A stretch of DNA of 64,000 bases from Gemmatimonadales bacterium (GCA_050733195.1 JBOHSH010000017.1:7984-71983); one strand, 5' to 3'; positions 1 to 8,443 are shown, counted from the stretch's first letter. Numbers and translations are program-made. Notes: generated by a model from the sequence alone, not told the origin.

Positions 1-624
1 CACCAGCATGCCGAACACGAGGAGGACGCCGGCGAACTGCATCGCCGACGCGATCACCACGCCGAGCGTGAAGTAGAGGAGCAGGTTCCAGCGGGTGACC
101 GCGTACCCGAGCGTCCGCGCGGTCTCCGGATCGAACGAGACGAAGAGGAACTCCTTGTAGAAGATGGCGTGGATCGCGAGCACCGGCACCGCGACCGCCA
201 GAAGCACCAGGGTGTCGCCTCGGGTGATCCCGAGGATGTTCCCCTGAAGGAAGATGTCGTGGGCCTCGCCGGTCACCGCCTTGGAGATGAGGAGGATGCC
301 CAGCGCCGCGGCGATCGCATAGGTCGCGCCGATGGCCGCCTCCCCGGATACCAGGCGGCGCCCGCCTCCCAGCCCGAAGAAGAGCGCGCCCAGCAGGGTG
401 ACCGCGAGGGAGACGATGGTGGGGTGATGGGCCAGGGGCGCCAGCAGGGCGAATCCGCCGGCCCAGAGGGCGAGCGCGATGCCGGCGGAGGACAGCTGGG
501 CCAGCGCCGCGCCGACGAAGACGATCCGCCGCAGCACGACCCACAGGCCGAGCACCGAGCAGGCGAGCCCGATCACGAGCGCGCCGTACAGCGCCTCCCG
601 GAACAGCACGATGGTATCAAGCAC
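1..624 (-). CDS. metal ABC transporter permease (ZnuB/TroC-like); C-terminus runs off the window
   Basis: My own minus-strand translation from GTG at 622-624 gives VLDTIVLFREALYGALVIGLACSVLGLWVVLRRIVFVGAALAQLSSAGIALAL... The product is multi-TM and resembles an ABC-3 permease. It overlaps the upstream ATPase stop by 8 nt. It is missing from the ORF track because no stop lies inside the window. Confidence 0.8.
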   Translation of the reverse strand, partial: MLDTIVLFREALYGALVIGLACSVLGLWVVLRRIVFVGAALAQLSSAGIALALWAGGFALLAPLAHHPTIVSLAVTLLGALFFGLGGGRRLVSGEAAIGATYAIAAALGILLISKAVTGEAHDIFLQGNILGITRGDTLVLLAVAVPVLAIHAIFYKEFLFVSFDPETARTLGYAVTRWNLLLYFTLGVVIASAMQFAGVLLVFGMLV

Positions 625-1372
625 GGGGCTGCCGCCGCGCGATCACCACCCGGTGCCCCTCGAAGGCGCTCACCTCCACCGGGATCTTGTACACGTCCCG
701 CAGCACCGACTCGCTCAGGATCTCGTCGACCGGGCCGATGCGGAACCGGCCCGGCACGACGAGCGCGATCTGCTGGACGTAGTTGGCCACTTCGTTGAGC
801 GCGTGACTCACCATGATCACGGTGAGACCGGACCGCTCGTGCAGGTCCCGGACGAAGCCGAGGATCTGCGTGGTCGCGACGAGGTCCATGCCGCTGGTCG
901 GCTCGTCGAGCACGAGCACGTCGGGATCGCCGACGAGCGCCCGCGCGATCAGCGTGCGCTGCCGCTGCCCTCCCGAGAGGTCCCGCAGGTGATTCCCCGC
1001 GAGCTCGGCGATGCCGACCTGCTCGAGCGTCTCCATCGCCCGGGCGCGATCCTTTGCCGTGGGCCTCCGGCCGAGCCCGACCCGCTCGTAACGACCCATC
1101 AGGACCACATCGAGGGCCGTGAGCGGATACCCGTAATCCACCTGATCGCGCTGGGGGACGTAGCCGAACCGGAGGCCGTCGGCGCGCCAGACCGTGCCCG
1201 CCATCGGCTCGAGCGTTCCGAGAATGACCCGGAGGATCGTGGTCTTCCCCGACCCGTTCGGACCCACGAGGCCCAGGAAGTCCCCCTCCGAGATCGTGAA
1301 GGTCAGATCGCCGAGCACGACCCGCCGGGCGTAACCGACGGCGACACGACCGAAGCGCACCAGGTCGCTCAT
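617..1372 (-). CDS. metal (Zn/Mn-type) ABC transporter ATP-binding protein
   Basis: Walker A GPNGSGKTT, signature LSGGQRQR and Walker B VLVLDEP are present. Start chosen at MSDLVRF (ATG 1370-1372), which forms an ATGA overlap with the upstream SBP stop. The longer ORF-track N-terminus is Arg/Gly-rich and looks spurious. Confidence 0.9.
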   Translation of the reverse strand: MSDLVRFGRVAVGYARRVVLGDLTFTISEGDFLGLVGPNGSGKTTILRVILGTLEPMAGTVWRADGLRFGYVPQRDQVDYGYPLTALDVVLMGRYERVGLGRRPTAKDRARAMETLEQVGIAELAGNHLRDLSGGQRQRTLIARALVGDPDVLVLDEPTSGMDLVATTQILGFVRDLHERSGLTVIMVSHALNEVANYVQQIALVVPGRFRIGPVDEILSESVLRDVYKIPVEVSAFEGHRVVIARRQPRA

Positions 1373-2298
1373 GGCACCGCCGCGGCGAGCGCCGTGATGT
1401 CGTGCTCGATGAGCTTCACGTAGTCGTCGAGGCCCCGTTGCCCGCCGACCGACGGCGGGAGGACGAGCACCTTCGCCCCCGTCTTGGCCGCGACGAAATC
1501 GGCCGTCTTCCGGCTGTACCACGGCTCCATGAGGATGACCTTGGCTCCGGTCCGCTGCATCGTGAGGATCAGACCCGCGAGGTGCGACGGGGACGGCGGC
1601 ACGCCGGGCTTGGGCTCCATGAAGCCCACGATGTTGACGCCGGTGTACTGCGCGAAGTACCGCCAGCTCGTGTGCCAGGCGACGATCGGCTTGCCCCTGA
1701 GGCGGGCGCGCGCCGGCGCCCACCGGCGCTCCGCGGCGTCCAGCTTCGCCTCGAGGTCCCGGCGGTTGGTCTCGTAGCTCGACGCTCCGTCGGGATCCAG
1801 CTCGGTAAAGCGCTCGGCGAACAGCTGCGCGATCCGCCTGGCGTTGGCCGGATCCAGCCAGTAGTGGGGATTCCCGAGCGGGTGCACGTCGCCCTGGCTC
1901 CGATCGACCTGCCCCACCGGGGTGTCCAGCACCGGAATCACCTTCGAGACGTCGACGTAGCCTCGCGCACCGGGCCGGATCCTCGGATTCCGGGACCCGT
2001 CGACGAGGAGCGAGAGCCAGCCCACCTCGAGGTCGAGCCCCACGAACGCGAAGAGGTCCGCCTTCCGCAGGCGCAGGATGAAGCTCGGCTTGGCTTCGAC
2101 GAAGTGGGGATCCTGATAGCCTTCGCTGATGTGGACCACATCGACCCGCGGTCCGCCGACGGCCCGCGCGAGGTCGGCGAGGTCGCTCGTGCTCGTCACC
2201 ACGTTGAGGGTCCGGCGTACCGGCGGATCCGCAGCCGCGGCGGGGCCGGCCAGGGTGAGCCCGATGATCAGGGACTTCGACAGCATCGCGTACCGCAT
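1369..2298 (-). CDS. metal ABC transporter substrate-binding protein (ZnuA/TroA family)
   Basis: Signal peptide MRYAMLSKSLIIGLTLAGPAAAA. TroA-like motifs include DPHFVEAKPS and GDVHPLGNPHYWLDP. Same operon as the ATPase and permease. Confidence 0.88.
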   Translation of the reverse strand: MRYAMLSKSLIIGLTLAGPAAAADPPVRRTLNVVTSTSDLADLARAVGGPRVDVVHISEGYQDPHFVEAKPSFILRLRKADLFAFVGLDLEVGWLSLLVDGSRNPRIRPGARGYVDVSKVIPVLDTPVGQVDRSQGDVHPLGNPHYWLDPANARRIAQLFAERFTELDPDGASSYETNRRDLEAKLDAAERRWAPARARLRGKPIVAWHTSWRYFAQYTGVNIVGFMEPKPGVPPSPSHLAGLILTMQRTGAKVILMEPWYSRKTADFVAAKTGAKVLVLPPSVGGQRGLDDYVKLIEHDITALAAAVP

Positions 2299-2334
2299 GA
2301 CATGGCTCCCGCGCCGGCCGTGGCCGGCGCTCGA

Positions 2335-3663
2335 TCAGAAGGGATGAGGCCGGTGAGGGCCGACGGCGAACGTCGTCTGGAGCAGAAGCCGGTGGGTGGC
2401 ACCGCCGCCCCTGGGCATGACCCGCTCGAATCCGAGCACGAACTTCGAGAACTCGCTCGGGAAGAACTGGAGATAGCCGGAAGCCGCCTTGAGCGTCTCG
2501 CCGTCGGCTTCCGGATCCTCGAGCAGGTCGCCCCTGGCCGCGAGGAACATCCGGCGGGAGAGCTGGTAGCGGCCGAACAGGTACGCGCCGGTGAACCCCC
2601 GGACCGGCCCGCCGTAGGTCACGGCGGCACCCGAAACGTCGGGCAGGACGGGCGACTCCTCGTTGAGCTGACGGATGTACTCGGCCTGCAGCATGAACGA
2701 CCGGTAGAGTCCCTGCTGCAGGGGTCGCCAGCGAAAGGTGACGTCGGCGCCGATGTGGCTCTGCCGGGCGTTGGTGCCCGGCAGGCCGTCGAAGCCGTCG
2801 CAGGCCGGGTCGCTATCGCAGAGGATCGGCTGGGCGCGGCGCGTGGTCGCGAAGCTGCCCGACAGCTCGAGGTTCGACGCCTCGCTCAGGTCGAGATAAT
2901 TCCGGAACCTCACGACGTAGCCGAGCCCGCCGATGGTCGCGTCGCTCGGCGATTCCGTCACCAGCTCCTCCTCGCTCTCGCCGATCCCGCCCACCACGCT
3001 TGCCTGAAGCTCCTGATAGAAGCCGAAGGGCGAGAAGATGGCGCTCGCCCAGAGCCCGGTTCCCTTGCCTGCCTCGGGCCCGAGGAAGCGCTGGATGACG
3101 TAGGGGTACTCGATGGCCCCGAGCAGTTCCGGCCGGTGAGTCGTGTTCTGCTTCCCGATCGGGAGGTGGAAGCGTCCGAGCCGGGCCTGCAGCCCTCCCG
3201 GCAGGGTCGTCGCGGTGAGGTAGGCCTCCTCGATCGCGATGCCCTCCAGATCGGAGAGGCCGAGAAACATGTCCGCCCGGAAATACGGATCGACGGCGGC
3301 CTGGATGCCGATCTCCACCTCGCGGATGTCGAACCGCCGGCCGCTCTCCTGCGTGCTTCGGCCGCTGGTGAAGTCGCCGATGAACTCGCCGATGGCGCTG
3401 ATATCGGGCAGGAACCTCGGGTTGATGGGTCCACTCTGGCCGCGAGGAGGCTGCTGCCTCGCGGTGGTATCCCGCGCGAGGGCCTCCAGCTCGCGCACGA
3501 GCCGGATGGAATCGGCCCGGGCACGGGCCGCGCTGTCCGCGCGCGCCGTATCGCGCTGCTGGAGGATGGATACGACCGCTGCGAGCGGAGCCGAAGCACC
3601 GGCAGCGGGAATCGCCCCGACGAGCGGAGCGAGCAACAGCATGAGCATGGGTCGCGTCTCCAT
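2335..3663 (-). CDS. outer-membrane beta-barrel (porin-like) protein of the metal-uptake operon
   Basis: Start at METRPMLMLLLAPLVGAIPAAGASA (signal peptide). The sequence shows an alternating amphipathic pattern and ends in ...TTFAVGPHRPHPF, where a C-terminal Phe is typical of OM barrels. It sits directly upstream of the SBP gene. Confidence 0.7.
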   Translation of the reverse strand: METRPMLMLLLAPLVGAIPAAGASAPLAAVVSILQQRDTARADSAARARADSIRLVRELEALARDTTARQQPPRGQSGPINPRFLPDISAIGEFIGDFTSGRSTQESGRRFDIREVEIGIQAAVDPYFRADMFLGLSDLEGIAIEEAYLTATTLPGGLQARLGRFHLPIGKQNTTHRPELLGAIEYPYVIQRFLGPEAGKGTGLWASAIFSPFGFYQELQASVVGGIGESEEELVTESPSDATIGGLGYVVRFRNYLDLSEASNLELSGSFATTRRAQPILCDSDPACDGFDGLPGTNARQSHIGADVTFRWRPLQQGLYRSFMLQAEYIRQLNEESPVLPDVSGAAVTYGGPVRGFTGAYLFGRYQLSRRMFLAARGDLLEDPEADGETLKAASGYLQFFPSEFSKFVLGFERVMPRGGGATHRLLLQTTFAVGPHRPHPF

Positions 3664-3742
3664 GGTCGATCCGCCGCGGGTCCCCGCGGCAGATGCCGTC
3701 AACGTGCCGTCCACCGCCCTCGTGGCGGGGACGAAGCGCGAA

Positions 3743-4084
3743 TCAGGCGATCGCTGGAGGACCGCGGGACGGCGGGAGAGTCTTGGTGAGTGAGGAGAGA
3801 AGAAGCGGACCGGTCGGAGCCGGACAGATGACCGCGGGCAGGGGCGAGCGAATGCCCCCCCTCGCCACCGGAGAAGGATTCGCCGGAGAGGAGGCGATTC
3901 CGGAGGCGCAGCGGTCATCGTGGTCCTGCCCGCCGCGCGCCTCGAAATGGTCGCGACGCCCGTGGCCGCTCCGCTCCAGGCCGGCGTGCGCCCGCGCCTC
4001 CACCAGGGCAAGCCCCGGGCCCATCGCCACGGCTGTGGCGAAGAGGAGGAGGGAAATCAGCCGGCGGACGAGCGGACGGCGCAT
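3743..4084 (-). CDS. possible small secreted His/Asp-rich protein (hypothetical)
   Basis: The N-terminus MRRPLVRRLISLLLFATAVAMGPGLALVEA looks like a signal peptide, followed by HAGLERSGHGRRDHFEARGGQDHDD. Third-position GC is high only in the first half, and no clear RBS is visible. Confidence 0.3.
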   Translation of the reverse strand: MRRPLVRRLISLLLFATAVAMGPGLALVEARAHAGLERSGHGRRDHFEARGGQDHDDRCASGIASSPANPSPVARGGIRSPLPAVICPAPTGPLLLSSLTKTLPPSRGPPAIA

Positions 4085-4105
4085 GGGAGAAAAGATACCC
4101 CCGGT

Positions 4106-5707
4106 CTACTGGGGCTGCCGGACCGGCCCTTCGACGGGGAGGATGAACCAGAAGGTGCTGCCTTCGGCGGGCACCGACTCGGCCCCGATGGTCCCGCCGT
4201 GGAGCTCCACGAACTGCTTGCAGAGTGCCAGGCCCAGGCCGGAGCCCTGGGCCTGTCGGCTCGCCGAGCTGTCCACCTGGGTGAACGCCTGGAAGAGCTT
4301 CGGCATGTCCTCCGGCCGGATTCCGATGCCCATGTCCCGGACCGAGACCCAGGCGGCATCCCGCGAGATCAGCCTCGGACGCTCGCCGGCCCGATCGCCG
4401 GGCACCGGCAGCGGTACGTAAGTCCGGATCGCGCTCAAGGTGATGGTCCCGCCCTCGCTGGTGAACTTCGAGGCGTTGGAGAGCAGGTTGAAGAGGACCT
4501 GCCGGACGCGGATCTGATCGGCGACGACGATCAGCGGCACCAGACCCATCTCGACCGAGCACTGCTGCTGCTTGGCGGCGCGGAGGCTCGAGGTATCGGT
4601 AACCGCTCCCGAGATGGCGTCGCGGACGTCGAAGCGAGCCAGATGGACGCTCATCCGCCCGGCTTCGATCTTCGACAGGTCGAGGATGTTGTTGATGAGG
4701 CCGAGCAGGTGCCGTCCGTTTCGCGCGATGGACTCGATAAAGTCCCGCTGTTGCTCGTCGATCGGATTTCCCAGGCCGGGGCTGAGCAGCAGGTCGGAGA
4801 ATCCGATGATCGCGTTGAGCGGCGTACGGAGCTCGTGGGACATGTTCGCCAGGAACTCGTCCTTGAGCTTCGTGACCCGGATGAGCTCGCGGTTCTTGTC
4901 GGCCAGCTCCCGCTCGTTCCTCCGGGTTTCCTCCAGCATGAACGCCCGGTCCAGCCCCACGGCCACCTGCTCGCCCAGCGCGGTCAGGAGCCGGACGTCG
5001 TGCTCGTCGAACTTTCGCCCGTCGGCCAGGTTGTAGGCGCAGGCGGCGCCGATCACGACGGAGGAAGTCCGGAGCGGCACGCACACGGCGCGCTCCAGAC
5101 TGGGCGGCAGGGTGTCGACCGGGTGATTGCGCGAGTCCGCCTCCATGTCGTCGCACAGGAGGGGCTGGTCGTTGGTGACGGTCCAGCCGGCCAGCGACCG
5201 CTGCAGCGGCACCAGGCTGCCGCTCGCGGGCCGAAGCACGCCCGCCCCCGCGGAGACCCGGAGAAAGCGCCCCTCCTCGACCACGAGCATCAGCGCGCTG
5301 CCCTGAGCCTGCAGCAGCTCCGCGGCCAGGGCCGCCGCTTCCTCGAGCAGCTCGCCCGAGCTGCGCACGCTGAGAAGGGTCGACCCGAGCCGCCGCAGCA
5401 GCTCGAGCTCACGATTCCGGGCGGCGGCGTTGTTCACCGCCCGTTCCATCCGGGCGCGCCGCTCGGCCGCGAGGACACGGCCCCGTCGCACGGCGAGCAG
5501 GCCCCCCACGGTCGTGAGGAACGCGAGCACCGCCCCGAGCCAGTGGCCGCGATAGCTGAGCACGATCGCGGCCCAGCCGACCACGAGACTGAAGGCCGCG
5601 ATCGGGAGAGGGCGGTTGAGCACGTCGATCAGGACACCGGTCGTGCCCCGGCCGCGGATCGGCGCCGATCGGTCGATCGTACCGGGCGCCGCCGCGGAGC
5701 CGTTCAC
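4106..5707 (-). CDS. membrane sensor histidine kinase with GAF domain (no cognate response regulator adjacent)
   Basis: HisKA H-box HELRTPLNAIIGFSDLL. HATPase motifs NLLSNASKFT, DMGIGI and GSGLGLALCKQFVELHGG. Two N-terminal TM segments. Start proposed at GTG 5705-5707, forming a GTGA overlap with the bfd stop. Confidence 0.85.
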   Translation of the reverse strand: MNGSAAAPGTIDRSAPIRGRGTTGVLIDVLNRPLPIAAFSLVVGWAAIVLSYRGHWLGAVLAFLTTVGGLLAVRRGRVLAAERRARMERAVNNAAARNRELELLRRLGSTLLSVRSSGELLEEAAALAAELLQAQGSALMLVVEEGRFLRVSAGAGVLRPASGSLVPLQRSLAGWTVTNDQPLLCDDMEADSRNHPVDTLPPSLERAVCVPLRTSSVVIGAACAYNLADGRKFDEHDVRLLTALGEQVAVGLDRAFMLEETRRNERELADKNRELIRVTKLKDEFLANMSHELRTPLNAIIGFSDLLLSPGLGNPIDEQQRDFIESIARNGRHLLGLINNILDLSKIEAGRMSVHLARFDVRDAISGAVTDTSSLRAAKQQQCSVEMGLVPLIVVADQIRVRQVLFNLLSNASKFTSEGGTITLSAIRTYVPLPVPGDRAGERPRLISRDAAWVSVRDMGIGIRPEDMPKLFQAFTQVDSSASRQAQGSGLGLALCKQFVELHGGTIGAESVPAEGSTFWFILPVEGPVRQPQ

Positions 5708-5907
5708 GAGGCGTCCGGGGGAAGGAGCTCGTGAAACACCGTCTCGCCGGTCGCGAGCATCCGCCGAAGATACGGCCGGCACAGGCCGCACTGCGCGCCG
5801 CATCCGGTCTCCGCCATCAGGGCCGCGAGGCTCCAGCCTCGCTGTCGCACCAGCGGCAGAAGGTCGGCAAAGGACCGGTTCCGGCAGACACAGCGATCGA
5901 TGTGCAC
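5704..5907 (-). CDS. bfd: BFD-like [2Fe-2S]-binding domain protein
   Basis: 67 aa. Cys pattern C-x-C ... C-x-x-x-C-x-x-C (CVCRN ... GCGAQCGLCRPY) resembles bacterioferritin-associated ferredoxin. GTG start. Confidence 0.7.
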   Translation of the reverse strand: MHIDRCVCRNRSFADLLPLVRQRGWSLAALMAETGCGAQCGLCRPYLRRMLATGETVFHELLPPDAS

Positions 5908-5919
5908 TGCCTAAGTTTA

Positions 5920-5951
5920 GACGGCCGGACGGCCGGACGGCCAGACGGCCG
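5920..5951. repeat. tandem octamer repeat (GACGGCCR) x4
   Basis: Read directly as gacggccg gacggccg gacggcca gacggccg. It lies 13-45 nt upstream of the bfd start and 12 nt downstream of the HD-GYP-1 stop. Confidence 0.9.
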
Positions 5952-5962
5952 GGGTGCCGGGG

Positions 5963-7594
5963 CTAGGCGACGGACAGCGACGAGGGGAGGGCGGCGCGGG
6001 CATCCCGCACCGACGCGAGGAAGGCCGTGTAGACGTCCTCACGCCAGTAATGCCGGCAGCGCGCCATCTCGGCGAGCGCGGTCGGGTGATCCATCGCGCC
6101 CCGGTAGCTGCGGGTCGTAGTCAGGGCGTCGTACACATCGACGATCCCGATGATCTGCGCCGACACGGGGATCTCGTCGCCGCGCAGCCGGTCGGGATAC
6201 CCGGTGCCGTCGAGCTTCTCGTGATGCCACCGGATGATCGGCTTGATGTCCCAGGGGAAGTCGATCTCCTGGAGCATCTCCACGCCGTACACGGGGTGAA
6301 GCTTCATGAGCTCGAATTCCCCGGGGGTCAGGCGACCCGGCTTGTTGAGCACCTCGTGCGGAACCTTTACCTTGCCCAGGTCGTGGAGGTACGCGCCGAG
6401 GCGGATCGTCGTCTGCTGCATGTCGTCGAGCCCTATGGCGCGGGCGACCGTCACGGCGTACTCCGCCACCCGCTCGCAGTGACCGTGCGTGTAGGTGTCC
6501 GCGGATTCGATCGACTGACCCCAGTCCCGCACCACGGCGAAGAAGGAGTGCTCGAGGTCGGCCATCTTCCGGGCCACGTCCACCAGATCGGTGGCGGCGT
6601 CGAGCCGGGAGAAGAGGCGGTGCGACTCGTTCAGGAGGGTGAGCGCCTCGCGATTCCGCCCGAGCCCCTGATGCAGGCGGGCCATCTCGCGCGACGCCTC
6701 GGCCTGGCCGAGGACATATCCGGTCTCGACCGCGAGGTCGATCGCCGCCTTGAACCGGGCCTCGGCGAGCACCGGACGGCCGGTGTCGCGATAGACGATG
6801 CCGAGTACCTTGTAGGCGCCGGACTTGTCGAGGCGGGCGCCGAGCCGCTCGAAGACCTGCAGGGCGCTTTCCGCGTCTTCGGTCGCGGGCCCGTAGTGCT
6901 GCTGGCACGCCAGGATCTCGGCCCGGTTCAGGCGGCAGAGCCCCTCCAGATGGACGTCGCCGATGCGGAGCGCGATCTCGAGGCTGCGCCGGTAGTGGCC
7001 GACCGCGGCGTCCCAGTCGCCCCGGTCGCCGGCCACCATGCCGAGATTGTGATAGCAGAGCGCGGCCCCGCGCTCGTCCCCGGACTGCTCGAACGCCTCG
7101 AGCGACCGCCCGTAGTGCGCGAGCGCTTCCTCGGCGCGCCCCTGGATCGTGGCGAGAATGCCCAGGTTCTGCTCGATGCGGCCGCGGAGCCCGGGGCTCG
7201 CGCCGCCGAGCAGGAGGGCCGTGAGGTAGGTCTCGCGCGCCGCGGCGATGCTTCCCGCCTCGAACGCGAAGCCGGCGAGCGCGTTCAGCGCCTCGGCGGC
7301 CAGAATGCCGTCGCCGACCGTGAGGGCGAGATCGTGACTCTGCCGGCACAGCTCACGCGCTTCCTCGGCGCGGCCCTGCCGGTGGCGCACGACGCCCAGC
7401 GCTCGCAGCGCTTCCGCCTCCGCCGGCCGCTCGCCGCTCGGCCCCGCCGCTTCGATCGCCTGCTCGTAACAGCGGACGGCGTCATCCATGCGGCCCGACC
7501 GCTCGTGCGCCCGCCCCGCGGCGAGAAACCTCGCCGCGGGGCGGATCACGGGGGCGGGGCGGTCGGCGCCCCGGGGCGCGGTGCGGTCGGTCAC
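5963..7594 (-). CDS. TPR-repeat HD-GYP domain protein (putative c-di-GMP phosphodiesterase), paralog 1
   Basis: C-terminal motifs HDLGKVKVP ... HHEKLDGTGYPDRL ... DVYDALTTTRSYR fit HD-GYP. The N-terminal ~330 aa are TPR-like repeats. Start proposed at GTG 7592-7594, 5 nt after the lipoprotein stop, mirroring paralog 2. Confidence 0.85.
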   Translation of the reverse strand: MTDRTAPRGADRPAPVIRPAARFLAAGRAHERSGRMDDAVRCYEQAIEAAGPSGERPAEAEALRALGVVRHRQGRAEEARELCRQSHDLALTVGDGILAAEALNALAGFAFEAGSIAAARETYLTALLLGGASPGLRGRIEQNLGILATIQGRAEEALAHYGRSLEAFEQSGDERGAALCYHNLGMVAGDRGDWDAAVGHYRRSLEIALRIGDVHLEGLCRLNRAEILACQQHYGPATEDAESALQVFERLGARLDKSGAYKVLGIVYRDTGRPVLAEARFKAAIDLAVETGYVLGQAEASREMARLHQGLGRNREALTLLNESHRLFSRLDAATDLVDVARKMADLEHSFFAVVRDWGQSIESADTYTHGHCERVAEYAVTVARAIGLDDMQQTTIRLGAYLHDLGKVKVPHEVLNKPGRLTPGEFELMKLHPVYGVEMLQEIDFPWDIKPIIRWHHEKLDGTGYPDRLRGDEIPVSAQIIGIVDVYDALTTTRSYRGAMDHPTALAEMARCRHYWREDVYTAFLASVRDARAALPSSLSVA

Positions 7595-7599
7595 TCCGG

Positions 7600-8133
7600 C
7601 TAGTACGCCACCGCGTACCGGCTGAAGTGGTCGAGCTGGGCGGAGACCTTGTCGCTCCCGGCGAGGTCGAGCGACGACAGGAGCTTCAGCAGCTCGAGAT
7701 CGTCCGTCGTGTACGCGACCTTCTTCGGAAGCGGAAGATCCTTGCCCAGACAGTTGGAATAGCTCATCGTGAGCGTCGCGGGCTTGCCCTTGGCGAACTT
7801 GAGGCCCTCCGGCGACAGCTTGACCGAGTTCGTGTAGCTGGACATCACCTCGCCGGTGATCACGACGTTCTTGCCGAGCGCGCCGGCCGGAATGGTCAGC
7901 ACGTGCGGGCCCATCGGGATGGTGCCGCCCGCCTTGCCGATCGTCCTGCTCGTGGCCGCGTAGGGCTGCGGCGAGCAGAGCATGAGCGTCGCGGTGACCT
8001 TGCTCAGGGTCCCGCCCAGGAGAGACTGCGACGGCGGCGGCGTCGGCGCCGTAGTCTCGCTGACACAGCTCGCGACGCCGATTACGGCGGCGAGGCCAAG
8101 GCCCGCGAAGAGGGAGAGTCGAGTGCGGCGCAT
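7600..8133 (-). CDS. lipoprotein with ZU5-like core and C-terminal HFSRY motif, paralog 1
   Basis: Lipobox AAVIGVASC. Core GGTIPMGPHVLTIPAGALGKNVVITGEV...KLSPEGLKFAKGKPATLTMSYSNC. C-terminus QLDHFSRYAVAY. Confidence 0.8.
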   Translation of the reverse strand: MRRTRLSLFAGLGLAAVIGVASCVSETTAPTPPPSQSLLGGTLSKVTATLMLCSPQPYAATSRTIGKAGGTIPMGPHVLTIPAGALGKNVVITGEVMSSYTNSVKLSPEGLKFAKGKPATLTMSYSNCLGKDLPLPKKVAYTTDDLELLKLLSSLDLAGSDKVSAQLDHFSRYAVAY

Positions 8134-8278
8134 ACAGCTCCTGTCCTGTGTTGAGGTTGGCGGGCGGATCCCGCGCTCGGCCCGTCAAAAAGCAACCGGT
8201 GTGCCACGGAACTTGTGATGTATGATTATTTGATATCTATGGCATGACATATGACGTTAATGATTGTAAGACAATGAC

Positions 8279-8307
8279 TTAGCAATTGAGCCCTACTGTC
8301 GTATAAT
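8279..8307 (+). promoter_or_regulatory. sigma70-like promoter candidate for the solute-binding protein gene
   Basis: TTAGCA (8279-8284), 17 nt spacer, then TATAAT (8302-8307), all inside the only strongly AT-rich stretch of the window. This predicts a ~130-nt leader before ATG 8444. Confidence 0.45.
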
Positions 8308-8443
8308 GCTGCCAATTTGTTGTGATTTGGCGAGAACCGATAGGTTCGTTGACAGTCCCTGGTTCGGGTGTCCTCTCGCCGTGGCTGGGATGCAACGACG
8401 GTCATCGAGGACACTGACGAAGACTTCGACGATGGGAGGCGTG

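Noticed and set aside
1402-3789. 795-aa plus-strand ORF, and similar giant ORFs: 44279-47683 (minus), 57456-61790 (minus), 24797-27583 (minus), 24901-27336 (plus), 5954-7603 (plus), the 5' part of 49362-52445, 55006-56202, 56451-57464
   Set aside because: These are Arg/Gly/Pro/Ala/Asp-rich low-complexity translations with no recognisable motifs. They lie antisense to, or frame-shifted over, ORFs that carry strong family signatures. Such open frames are typical artefacts of very GC-rich DNA.
5920-5951. Short tandem repeats (here and at 23268-23295) as a CRISPR array or minisatellite
   Set aside because: The units are 7-8 nt with no spacers, and no cas genes are present, so these are not CRISPR. 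They are reported only as simple tandem repeats.
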